Of a DNA stretch of 64,000 nt, positions 18,663 to 27,313 are shown one piece after another (positions within the stretch are counted from its first letter, which is position 1; each line of letters begins with the position of its first letter). Source of the DNA: Patescibacteria group bacterium UBA1388 (GTDB lineage: Bacteria > Patescibacteriota > Microgenomatia > UBA1400 > PJMF01). The stretch lies in NCBI GenBank assembly GCA_002305355.1, contig DBQS01000014.1:4720-68719 (forward strand), written 5' to 3'. The notes below the pieces were generated by a model. It was not told where the DNA came from. It searched no databases and saw only the letters and a list, made by a program, of their open reading frames with translations. Both the position numbers and the translations under genes were made by a program.

Positions 18663-21110
18663 TTACTCAATATATACATTTCCAGCGCTATCTACAAGTT
18701 TTGTGATGAGTGGATTGAAAGTGTATCTATTACCATCTTTATCTTTTACCAATTCAACCATGGGGTCTAGAAGTGGTGTAAAGACCGGATAATCATAAAA
18801 TTCTGCATTAACTTTGTCTGGTTGAATTCCTGCTTCTTCTCTCAAGAACATGCTTGTCGCGCTGATGAATGATGATGCAATTCCATATGGCCCAGGCTTT
18901 CCAAGAGTGACATGAAAAATTAATTGACTTTCAACGACTTGTGCAAAATTACTGGGCAAATCGAGTACTTTATTGGGTCCTAGATACCATTCCCCCGGAT
19001 GAATTTGATTCTCAGTTTCTGGTGTTCTGAATATAACAAATTTTACAGGTTTAGACCTGTCAATCACAATTTCTTTTCTTTTTCCCTGAATAGTGTAAAT
19101 AGATCCTTCAACAGAAACATTAGGACTTTGAGCTAAGATCTCAAAAAAATTATTCATCATCCTATCTACGAGGATAGCGCCATCTATATCTGAATATTCT
19201 TGAAAATCCTCATTTGGTCCAATATAACCAAGTTCTTTGTAATCTTTTATGAGCTCAGCAGTAGGATTGAAGTCCCACCTCATTTGATGTTGTGATAGCG
19301 GCATTTTTTTGAGAGAGTTTGGTAGAATTTCTAGCAAGCCAATAGGTTCTTCAATCATTCTCACTCTGTATGGATGAATGTTGTTGTATCCCGCGTAACT
19401 ACAAATTTGGGTTTGAAGGGTTTCAAATTGCTTAATAATCCAACCACTCCGGTAATCAAGATTATCCCACTCCATTTCTATTTGTTTTTCACCTGTTTGC
19501 AATTGAGCAAAAAGTTTATTTCCTATCATCCAAAGTTTAAAATCATCTTGACTAAATATTTGTTTTTCTGCTTTTCCAGTAGTTTTATTTTCTACCAGTA
19601 ACTCTTTGGGAAGGTTAGTTATTGCTTCCTTTACAATTTCATTTTCTGGGAAGGCTGCCAGAAACTCGGCAGCGGTGTATCGTTTAGCACTCACCTCCTC
19701 CATCGTTTTCCATTTGCCATTGTCAAATCTGCCTAGTTCATTGCCATTGGTGTCAAGCGCGATGGGACCTTTTTCACTATCTATATAAATACTGACTGCT
19801 GAACCGGGAAACTTCTCTACAGCAAGTGCTAATAACTGGTCAGGTTCAATCTTGCCACCCATACCAGTAGAAGCCTCATCTTCATCATTCGTACTTGCAT
19901 ACTTTTCTAAATTTGAATTAATTTCTTGCCCAGTAGTCACACTCACATCCTTGCTCTCTTGTTTTGTCAAGTTTGGATCGGCAGAAATGTAGGCTTGTCC
20001 AACACCCTCTAGATTCACGATATACCAGCCATCTTCTTCACCAACTATCTCTACTCTATCTCCTGCTTTAAGTGAACCTACCACAGTATGATTTGTGCCA
20101 GGACCAGACCTGACATTGAGAGCTGCTGCTAAAATGACTGCTTCTCTGACTGTTTTGGTAATAGTAACTTGTTCTTTTTCTTCTAAGTTCCTTTTTGGCA
20201 CCCACACATATTTAACTTCTGGTTCTTCGTTAGATTCAGCAGTAAGCTCATCATCAACAGGTTTGTCATCATCAGCTTGTGGTGCGGTATCATCAGGTGT
20301 TAAAACTACTTTTACAGCAATAAACTCTTCACCGTTAATGATCATTGATGTTGCAGACTGAATTGAATCTCCTTCTTTAAACTCTACATCTGCCATGACT
20401 GTGGTAGCATCATATGGAGAAAGTAGTGGTAAAGTATCAATCAACACGCGGTAACTTTTAATAACTGGTGATACTTCTAATTTTGACTGCGCAACTGCTG
20501 ATTCTTCTTGCCCTGCTTCTTCCTGATTGCTCTCACTTACTGGCACTGCATCCTCGCCATTAAGTTGATCACTTGAATCAATTGGTTCTGGTGTGGGTGT
20601 AGCATTAAGCAGTGGATTTTCTCCTGCTTGAATGGTGGCGGTAGGGGTGGGGACACCACTTTGAGCGGAGGCTTCGCGAGGAAGACTAGACATCAGCATC
20701 ACAGCGATGGCAACTGCAGCTGCTGCTGAAGTAACTTGTTTGTATTTTTCAGTCAAGAACAAGAATAGCCTGCCTCTATTAGCTTCTAGTCCAGTTGGAA
20801 TATCAACTTGACCGACCTGATCCATGATGGCTCGTGCTTGTTCTGGGGTAATAGCGGCCACTTCAGCAATAGTATGGTTAGGGGAAAGAGTTCGTTCAAT
20901 AATGGCTCTGAATTCTTTGATAACTTCTGGTGAAATTGATGAAATTTCTGCCAACCTAAGCTGCTCTTCTCTTCTTGGTGAAGATTCACCAACTTCTCTC
21001 CTGCCAGTTAACGACTGATTAATAGAGCTGCGAAGATTCTGTAAGTTATGTAGCTGCCCTTCTCTATCCGGATTTCCAGATCTTCTTTCGTTTTCTAAAA
21101 GTGCATCCAT
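18663..21110 (-). CDS. Type II membrane protein (815 aa) with bacterial SH3 (SH3b) domain and large extracellular region
   Basis: A cytoplasmic N-terminal region of about 125 aa precedes a TM segment (VTSAAAAVAIAVMLMSSL). The motif 'LNVRSGPGTNHTVVGSLKAGDRVEIVGEEDGWYIVNLEG' is a classic SH3b domain. It is the first gene of the minus-strand operon. Confidence 0.6.
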   Translation of the reverse strand: MDALLENERRSGNPDREGQLHNLQNLRSSINQSLTGRREVGESSPRREEQLRLAEISSISPEVIKEFRAIIERTLSPNHTIAEVAAITPEQARAIMDQVGQVDIPTGLEANRGRLFLFLTEKYKQVTSAAAAVAIAVMLMSSLPREASAQSGVPTPTATIQAGENPLLNATPTPEPIDSSDQLNGEDAVPVSESNQEEAGQEESAVAQSKLEVSPVIKSYRVLIDTLPLLSPYDATTVMADVEFKEGDSIQSATSMIINGEEFIAVKVVLTPDDTAPQADDDKPVDDELTAESNEEPEVKYVWVPKRNLEEKEQVTITKTVREAVILAAALNVRSGPGTNHTVVGSLKAGDRVEIVGEEDGWYIVNLEGVGQAYISADPNLTKQESKDVSVTTGQEINSNLEKYASTNDEDEASTGMGGKIEPDQLLALAVEKFPGSAVSIYIDSEKGPIALDTNGNELGRFDNGKWKTMEEVSAKRYTAAEFLAAFPENEIVKEAITNLPKELLVENKTTGKAEKQIFSQDDFKLWMIGNKLFAQLQTGEKQIEMEWDNLDYRSGWIIKQFETLQTQICSYAGYNNIHPYRVRMIEEPIGLLEILPNSLKKMPLSQHQMRWDFNPTAELIKDYKELGYIGPNEDFQEYSDIDGAILVDRMMNNFFEILAQSPNVSVEGSIYTIQGKRKEIVIDRSKPVKFVIFRTPETENQIHPGEWYLGPNKVLDLPSNFAQVVESQLIFHVTLGKPGPYGIASSFISATSMFLREEAGIQPDKVNAEFYDYPVFTPLLDPMVELVKDKDGNRYTFNPLITKLVDSAGNVYIE

Positions 21111-21332
21111 AAATATCCTGTAATTGAAGTATTAGTTACTATTATTAAGCCGTTATTTGCTTCAAGTCAATGTATTTTAATTGTATCTTATAATAATTGC
21201 AATGTGTATCAAATACATACTTGAGAACAGTGTCGAGTTGGCTCATAATCTCTTAAAAATTACTCAACAGAGAATTTGCAGCCGGTGTACAATACCCAGC
21301 ACAATTATTATAGATTTTGATAGAATTTTTAG

Positions 21333-22202
21333 ATGTCATCTTCAAAAAATAGCCAATTTGCTCCACCTTTGCCAAATCAGAAGTGTACTTACGAACAGTT
21401 GGAATGGTATTTGCGCCATAAACACGATTTGCCTGCCAGTGACCGGGAAAAATATAAGTATTTAATCGACAATTTTAAGGAGTGTTGGGAAATTTGGAAT
21501 CGGGTGCGGTGGGACGCGGCGATGAAGAGCAGGGGTGTTTTAGAACTAAAAAAATATTTGGGGAATGATTTTATACCTTATTTTGATTCTTCTTGGGCAT
21601 TGGCTAATGAATGGAACAACAAAAAGCGAACATCAAAAAAATTAGTTGAAGATTTTTATCAACATACTCCTCATTACATGTACAATTCGACAGTATTTTT
21701 TGAAAGCGGAGATAGAATTAATTTTCATGACCACTTACTAAAACTAATCGATGAATATAACATTACATCAGCAGTCGACTATGGTTGTGGTGTTGGCAAC
21801 GATGGTTTGATGATGGTTGAAAAAGGTATAAAAGTTTCTTTTGTTGATTTTTTGTCACCAACTTTAGAATTTCTAAAGTGGAGATTGCAAGATAGAAGTA
21901 TTAAGCCAGATTTATATTCCGTTCATGAGTTAAGACAAGAAAAGCCAGGAGTTATTGATGCAGATATGTTTTGGAGCATAGATGTTATCGAACACATGCT
22001 AGATCAAACAGAAATTTTCAAATACATACCAACAAGCACGAAACTAGCAGTGTATTACACAGACGATGATGAAGAAGCTGGAACAAGACACCCATTTCAT
22101 TTTAAAATCAATCATAAGTTATTATCAAAAATGTTTTCTGATTTAGGGTTTAGAAGAATTCCAAATGATCTTCTTGTTGTATGGTATAGGGAGAATTTTT
22201 GA
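21333..22202 (+). CDS. Class I SAM-dependent methyltransferase (motif I VDYGCGVGNDGL) with N-terminal extension of about 140 aa
   Basis: It has the Rossmann-fold MTase motifs 'DYGCGVGNDGLMMVEKGIKVSFVDF' and 'IDADMFWSIDVIEHM'. The substrate is unknown. Confidence 0.65.
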   Translation: MSSSKNSQFAPPLPNQKCTYEQLEWYLRHKHDLPASDREKYKYLIDNFKECWEIWNRVRWDAAMKSRGVLELKKYLGNDFIPYFDSSWALANEWNNKKRTSKKLVEDFYQHTPHYMYNSTVFFESGDRINFHDHLLKLIDEYNITSAVDYGCGVGNDGLMMVEKGIKVSFVDFLSPTLEFLKWRLQDRSIKPDLYSVHELRQEKPGVIDADMFWSIDVIEHMLDQTEIFKYIPTSTKLAVYYTDDDEEAGTRHPFHFKINHKLLSKMFSDLGFRRIPNDLLVVWYRENF

Positions 22203-22226
22203 GTTACATGATAGAATGCAAGAATC

Positions 22227-22802
22227 ATGAAAACATATTTTACATGTTCTGCCAGAGGAAATAGACAATTAAAAAATAATTATTTAAAGATTTTTGAAAT
22301 AATTGAAAACTTGGGCTACTTTCATGTCGATGATTATCGCAAAGCTAATGATCCAAAAAAAGTGTATGAATCCTCAAGAGAGGCAAATTTACAACTTTAC
22401 GAAAAGGCAATGCTATGTATCAAGAAGGCTGACATTATCATATTAGAGGTGTCTACCCATAGCTTATCAATGGGGTATTTGCTTCAACAAGGACTTAGTA
22501 TGGGAAAACCAGTTGTAGCTTTGTATGCAGAGGGACACAATCCTGCATTCATCAATGGCATTGAGAACGAAAAACTTCAAATAATTGAATATTCAGATGA
22601 GAATTTAGAGAGTGAACTTTCATCAGCACTAAAAAACTGTGAAGATTTGAGTGATGTTCGTTTTAATTTTTTCATATCTCCTGAAATTGTCAGATATTTG
22701 GAATGGATTTCTAAAGTGAAAAAAATTCCACGTTCTGTTTATTTGCGGGCTTTAATAGAAGAAGACCTTGAAAATAACCGGGAATTTCGTAGATCAAAGT
22801 AA
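22227..22802 (+). CDS. DNPH1/Rcl-like (nucleoside 2-deoxyribosyltransferase superfamily) domain fused to C-terminal ribbon-helix-helix domain
   Basis: 'KTYFTCSARGN…' and 'ADIIILEVSTHSLSMGYLLQQGLSMGKPVVALY…LQIIEY' parallel the DNPH1 segments 'VYFCGSIRGGRE…' and 'ADVVVAEVTQPSLGVGYELGRAVALGKPILCLF…FQVWDY'. The C-terminus 'RFNFFISPEIVRYLEWISKVKKIPRSVYLRALIEEDLE' fits the RHH pattern: a beta-strand, helix A, a G/P-x-S/T turn, then helix B. Confidence 0.6.
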   Translation: MKTYFTCSARGNRQLKNNYLKIFEIIENLGYFHVDDYRKANDPKKVYESSREANLQLYEKAMLCIKKADIIILEVSTHSLSMGYLLQQGLSMGKPVVALYAEGHNPAFINGIENEKLQIIEYSDENLESELSSALKNCEDLSDVRFNFFISPEIVRYLEWISKVKKIPRSVYLRALIEEDLENNREFRRSK

Positions 22803-23384
22803 ATGAGCAGGATTATTAAGATATTCTACAATTTTTCAGTACGAAGCTCACCTGGTGTGTTGATAAGTTCGAAAAATATTATTAAATGGTTTAAGTCTCA
22901 AAAATATATATTGACTTATAACGCATTTAAAAATGGATCTGCAAGTGAAATATATTCATCAGAAATGGAGAGGTTAGAATACTTGTTTGAATCTGCTACC
23001 CAAGCCCTTAAAGACTCCGACCTTTGCATTTTAGAAATCTCCACCCACAGTCTTTCTCAAGGCTATCTCCTTCAAAAAGCCCTTGAGGAAGGCAAACCTA
23101 CTATCGCTTTACATCTCCCAAATTGTTTGCCCGTTTTTGTGGCGGGAATTCATGACAGCCGGTTGCAAGTCGTTGAATACACTCCAGCCAAAATGATTGC
23201 TGTTTTGAAGGAGGCAATCAACTACGCATCAGAAGACTTTGATATTCGTTTCAACATGATGCTTTCCCCCACCCTGAATAGTTATCTTAAACAACTAGCT
23301 AAGCAGAAAAACATGTCCCGTTCCTCATGTGTCAGAGCGATGATTAGAGAGAATATGGTGGTTGCTCAAGCCAGGATGAATTAG
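22803..23384 (+). CDS. Paralog of the preceding gene: DNPH1/Rcl-like domain fused to C-terminal RHH domain
   Basis: It has 'SDLCILEISTHSLSQGYLLQKALEEGKPTIALH…LQVVEY' and the C-terminal RHH 'RFNMMLSPTLNSYLKQLAKQKNMSRSSCVRAMIREN'. Its start codon directly abuts the upstream stop (TAAATG). Confidence 0.6.
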   Translation: MSRIIKIFYNFSVRSSPGVLISSKNIIKWFKSQKYILTYNAFKNGSASEIYSSEMERLEYLFESATQALKDSDLCILEISTHSLSQGYLLQKALEEGKPTIALHLPNCLPVFVAGIHDSRLQVVEYTPAKMIAVLKEAINYASEDFDIRFNMMLSPTLNSYLKQLAKQKNMSRSSCVRAMIRENMVVAQARMN

Positions 23385-23477
23385 TGCGGCGATTGGGAAA
23401 TATGAACGACCAACTTTCCACTTGCACTTGTTGCTTCAACTACGTTATTATGGAACAGTTATGGATTAGTTTTTCCT

Positions 23478-24293
23478 ATGCAAAAATATTTCCTCAAGCA
23501 AATCCGTAGTCAAAATAGCTCTTCCCAATCAGGTCAAATTGCTATCATTGTGCTCTTGATTATGGTGGTGTTGTTGATCGTGGGTTTGTCATTGGCCAGA
23601 AGAACATCGGAAGAGATTTTACTGTCTGGGCAAGTGGAAGATACGACAAGAGTGTTTAACGCTGCGGAGACTGGGATTGAAGATGCGCTTTCAGATGAAA
23701 GTAATTTTGCGACAACTGAGAAAAGTGGGGAGGGCACTGTGGGTGACGCGCAGTATGAGTACAGCGTCAATCCTGAAATTGAGTTGGTTGACAAGTTGGA
23801 GCCGAATCAAGTGGCGACGGTGGATTTGAATGGCAAAGCCAATAATTCGACTTTCGATGTGTATTGGGCTAAAGATGGAAATTGCGCCGATCGTGCGGTG
23901 ATCATTGTTTCTGTCTATTATGACAATGGCGCGAGCGTTTACCATGAGGCTCTCAAGCCAGGGTGTTTATCAGAAGATATGGGCAAAAATTTTACTCAAA
24001 TTGCGGAGCAAACTTCTGTGCAAATAAACGCAAACGGAGGTTATTATCATACAGCGCAGATTAATGTAAAAAACACTCCAAAATTTGCCCGCATTCGTCC
24101 GCTCTACCACAGCACCGACATCCGCGTTACTAACGCTGGTCAACAGATGTACACCATTCGTTCAGAAGGAACCGAACAAGATCCAGACGGCCGGAGCGAA
24201 CAGCGCGCGATTGAAGTGACCAGAACCAAACCCGCGCCACCAGCGGTGTTTGATTATGCGCTGTACAGCGGTGGAGATTTGAGTAAGCCTTGA
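23478..24293 (+). CDS. PilX-like pilus assembly protein (PilX_N-type N-terminus)
   Basis: 'SGQIAIIVLLIMVVLLIVGLSLARRTSEEILLSGQVEDTTRVFNAAETGIEDAL' matches the PilX N-terminal pattern (G-x-ALIxxLxxLxxLxxLGLAALR…ERMAGN…AFQAAEAGL). It lies immediately upstream of pilMNO. Confidence 0.5.
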   Translation: MQKYFLKQIRSQNSSSQSGQIAIIVLLIMVVLLIVGLSLARRTSEEILLSGQVEDTTRVFNAAETGIEDALSDESNFATTEKSGEGTVGDAQYEYSVNPEIELVDKLEPNQVATVDLNGKANNSTFDVYWAKDGNCADRAVIIVSVYYDNGASVYHEALKPGCLSEDMGKNFTQIAEQTSVQINANGGYYHTAQINVKNTPKFARIRPLYHSTDIRVTNAGQQMYTIRSEGTEQDPDGRSEQRAIEVTRTKPAPPAVFDYALYSGGDLSKP

Positions 24294-24323
24294 TAGGGAT
24301 ATTAATAGGATTAAGGAAAAGTC

Positions 24324-25334
24324 ATGCCTGCCACAGCACTTGATATCGGCACGTATAGTATCAAAGCCATTTCCGGAGAGCCTGGTAGTAAGCCGCAAGT
24401 TAATCGAGTGGTAGAAGTTTTCAACCCCAGCGGGGTGGCAGTGCCCACCGATGATGCCGGAGTGGAAAAGTTGGCGGCATTGGTAGAGTCAGTTTTGGGT
24501 GATTACGATTTACCGCGCAGAGATGTGCGCTTATCTATCCCGGAAACGATGGTTTCTACTAAAGTGATTTCTATTCCTCCCCTTTCCGATGCAGAACTGG
24601 CTTCGGCTATCAACTGGCAGGCTGAGCAACACATTCCTATTCCCCCAGAAGAATTAGCACTTGAGTACCAGGTTGTTTTTCGGCCTAGCCGGCGTGATGA
24701 TAAGCAGCCGATGCGGGTGATGCTGGTGGGCTTGAGGAAACAGATTATTGATCGTTATGTACAGGTGATGCACCAGATTGGGGTGGAGCCAACTTTGATT
24801 GAAACGCAAGTGCTTTCCATTATGCGCTCACTGCAATTTACCAATCAAGACCCCACCACCTTGTTGGTACACATTGGCGGTTCTAGCATGAATTTGGCCT
24901 TGATTCATTTGAATGAACTCAAGTTTGTGTTATCACATTTAAATGGCGGCCAATTGTTGTCTAAAGCACTGGAGCAAACTCTGGGGTTAGATGCTACCCA
25001 AGCCGAGCAGTACAAGCGCACCTATGGTTTAGATCCCGCCCAATTTCAAGGTAAAGTACGTGAGGCGTTGATGCCGGCTACTCGCCTTTTAGTTACTGAA
25101 ATTAAAAAATCCGTGCAATTCTTTGTCAATCAAAATCCTCAGGAATCGGTGAAAAGGATTGTGCTTTCGGGAGGTTCAGCCGCTTTACCGGGGATAGTGC
25201 AATTTATTACTGATGAGATTGGCTCAGAAGTGTTGGTGGCGGAACCGTTCGCTACTGCAGGCGGTAATATCCCAGACCAAATCAACCGTCCAGCCATGGC
25301 CGTCTGCATGGGTTTATTGTATCGTGACGCGTAA
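24324..25334 (+). CDS. pilM: Type IV pilus assembly protein PilM (actin-like ATPase fold)
   Basis: The N-terminal 'ALDIGTYSIKAI' phosphate-1 motif and '…VHIGGSSMNLALI…' with 'IVLSGGSAALPGI' are actin/FtsA-fold motifs typical of PilM. Confidence 0.8.
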   Translation: MPATALDIGTYSIKAISGEPGSKPQVNRVVEVFNPSGVAVPTDDAGVEKLAALVESVLGDYDLPRRDVRLSIPETMVSTKVISIPPLSDAELASAINWQAEQHIPIPPEELALEYQVVFRPSRRDDKQPMRVMLVGLRKQIIDRYVQVMHQIGVEPTLIETQVLSIMRSLQFTNQDPTTLLVHIGGSSMNLALIHLNELKFVLSHLNGGQLLSKALEQTLGLDATQAEQYKRTYGLDPAQFQGKVREALMPATRLLVTEIKKSVQFFVNQNPQESVKRIVLSGGSAALPGIVQFITDEIGSEVLVAEPFATAGGNIPDQINRPAMAVCMGLLYRDA

Positions 25335-25346
25335 AGAGGATTATTC

Positions 25347-26006
25347 ATGGCCAGAACTATCAACTTTGTCCGCGATCGCCGTCAAACCATTAGTCGGCAG
25401 GTCAAACAAGATCAAGCTATATTACGTTATGTTATTTACGCCTTAATTGGTATTGGTTTGGTATTGTTTGCGGTGCTAGCCGTGCGTTTTTTCTTTATTT
25501 TTCGCATTAAGATGATCACAGATCAGCAGGCAGCAACTAGACAAGCGATCGTTGAAAAAGAAGAGTTGGAAAAGGAGTACACCATTTTTGCCCATAAATT
25601 GAAAGCAATTACTGATTTATTTGGCAAACGAAGAGAAAAACAAGAAGCGTTGGCTTTTTTTAGCGGATTGTTTGATCCAGGAGTGGTGATTAGTCAGCTG
25701 AGTTATAAAGCTGGTGAGGAAATTTTGTCTTTTACGATTGATTCACCCAGCATTTTTGCCCTGGAAAAAGTGTTTGAGATTATGAATAGCCCGGAAGTTG
25801 AAGAAAAGTATCCCCAAATTATGAAAAATTCTCTTTCTAGAGGTGCCAATGGTCATTACGGTATGTCAATTACTTTACCGCTCGGCGATTCACCATTGGA
25901 TACTTTAGATGAGGAAGGGATGGAACCCGTTGATGATGATATGGGCGTTGAGGGAGTGGGTGCAGACGGCGCGGGAGATGACACCGGTCAGCCAATGGCG
26001 GAATAA
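25347..26006 (+). CDS. pilN: Type IV pilus assembly protein PilN-like (bitopic; short cytoplasmic N-term, TM, coiled coil)
   Basis: The N-terminus 'INFVRDRR' (the PilM-binding INLLP-like peptide) is followed by a TM segment (YALIGIGLVLFAVLAV) and a coiled-coil region. It sits immediately after pilM. Confidence 0.55.
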   Translation: MARTINFVRDRRQTISRQVKQDQAILRYVIYALIGIGLVLFAVLAVRFFFIFRIKMITDQQAATRQAIVEKEELEKEYTIFAHKLKAITDLFGKRREKQEALAFFSGLFDPGVVISQLSYKAGEEILSFTIDSPSIFALEKVFEIMNSPEVEEKYPQIMKNSLSRGANGHYGMSITLPLGDSPLDTLDEEGMEPVDDDMGVEGVGADGAGDDTGQPMAE

Positions 26007-26053
26007 GACGTCAGCGAAATTTAGATTAAGATTGAGGAAATACTAAAAAACAT

Positions 26054-26959
26054 ATGTTAGAACAAGTTGACCAAAGCGATTTAAGAATTTTTTGGGTAAC
26101 TAGGAAGGCGCTGGTTTTTGCCTTGGCTTTGGCAATGGTGGGCGCGGTACTTGTCTTTTCTGTGACTATTCCCCAAATTCAGGAGACTCGCAAATTGTAT
26201 GCTGATTTGGAAAAAGAAAAACCGATTTTGGAAAAGCTAGAAAATAAGTTAGCTCAACTGGAAGCGATTGTGACGACACCTGAATATGCACAAATAGAAG
26301 TGATCAACGATGCTCTCCCCTCAAAGAAGCCACTATTGGAATACCTGATGGGATTGAGCATGGTGAGTGAAGAGGCCAACGTAGTGATCACTAATTTTGA
26401 GACATCTCCTGGATTAGTAGCGACAGATGCCGCAGAACTGGAAAAAAATCAAAAATCGCATGTTGACGTGGAATCCATGAAACTGGAATTAGATTTAGAG
26501 GGTGACTGGGCGGAAATTCAGACTTTCATGTTGAAGGTAGAAGAAATTGCGCCATTTACCACCATTACTCAAATGGATATTGGCAACTCTTTAACTTCGG
26601 ACACTGTTGACGAAATTGAAACTTTTCAAGCAAGTTTGAGTACAGAAACTTACTTTTTTACCAAGACAATTGAATCTAAAGTTGATAGTCCGTTACCAGT
26701 CATATCGGGTCCGGAAACGCAGGTTTTGCATTTGCTAGCTTCATTTGTGCCCACCGAACTGCCTAGCCAGACTGAGATAAGAGGTGGCGGTTTAGAAGAT
26801 TTATTTCAACTGCGATTGCGATCCGATGAAGAAGCAGCAGTCATGTTGGAAGATTTTGAGATAGAGACTCAATCTACTCAAACACCAGAGATGCCCACAG
26901 TTGACGATACCACTTCTACTGAGTTGGAGAGCCCAACGCAGGTAGGAGAAGAAATTTAG
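26054..26959 (+). CDS. pilO: Type IV pilus assembly protein PilO-like (bitopic, coiled coil)
   Basis: An N-terminal TM (ALVFALALAMVGAVLVFSV) is followed by a coiled coil (LEKEKPILEKLENKLAQLEA). The call rests on position in the pilM-N-O order, and the sequence is weakly diagnostic. Confidence 0.45.
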   Translation: MLEQVDQSDLRIFWVTRKALVFALALAMVGAVLVFSVTIPQIQETRKLYADLEKEKPILEKLENKLAQLEAIVTTPEYAQIEVINDALPSKKPLLEYLMGLSMVSEEANVVITNFETSPGLVATDAAELEKNQKSHVDVESMKLELDLEGDWAEIQTFMLKVEEIAPFTTITQMDIGNSLTSDTVDEIETFQASLSTETYFFTKTIESKVDSPLPVISGPETQVLHLLASFVPTELPSQTEIRGGGLEDLFQLRLRSDEEAAVMLEDFEIETQSTQTPEMPTVDDTTSTELESPTQVGEEI

Positions 26960-27028
26960 GATATTTTCAAAAAAATCTCAGACGATAATTGAATTTGAAA
27001 TTTAAGTCCAAATTGATGGGCTCGTTTT

Positions 27029-27274
27029 CTATGCTAACTCACTACCATCTGCCAAGACAATCTTAGCGCGAATACCCTCTTTGAGTGCCCGAATTTTTCC
27101 AATGTTGCGAATTGCAAAAATGATCGAACCACCCTTACCAATGACGCGGCCGATGTCTTCTTGGTTGACGTGAATGGTATAAACCGTGCCCCTTTCGTCC
27201 GGAGTTTCTTCAATTTGCACATCTTCCGGATGACTTACGAGATGAATGACGATAAATTCGAGCAGGTTTTTCAT
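27029..27274 (-). CDS. KH-domain RNA-binding protein (YlqC/UPF0109-like)
   Basis: A GxxG loop (IGRVIGKGGSII) sits in an 81-aa protein immediately downstream of rpsP, which is the conserved rpsP–KH synteny. Confidence 0.6.
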   Translation of the reverse strand: MKNLLEFIVIHLVSHPEDVQIEETPDERGTVYTIHVNQEDIGRVIGKGGSIIFAIRNIGKIRALKEGIRAKIVLADGSELA

Positions 27275-27313
27275 AAGGTGTTCTAAAGTTAGTTAATACA
27301 ATTGCTCATCTTG

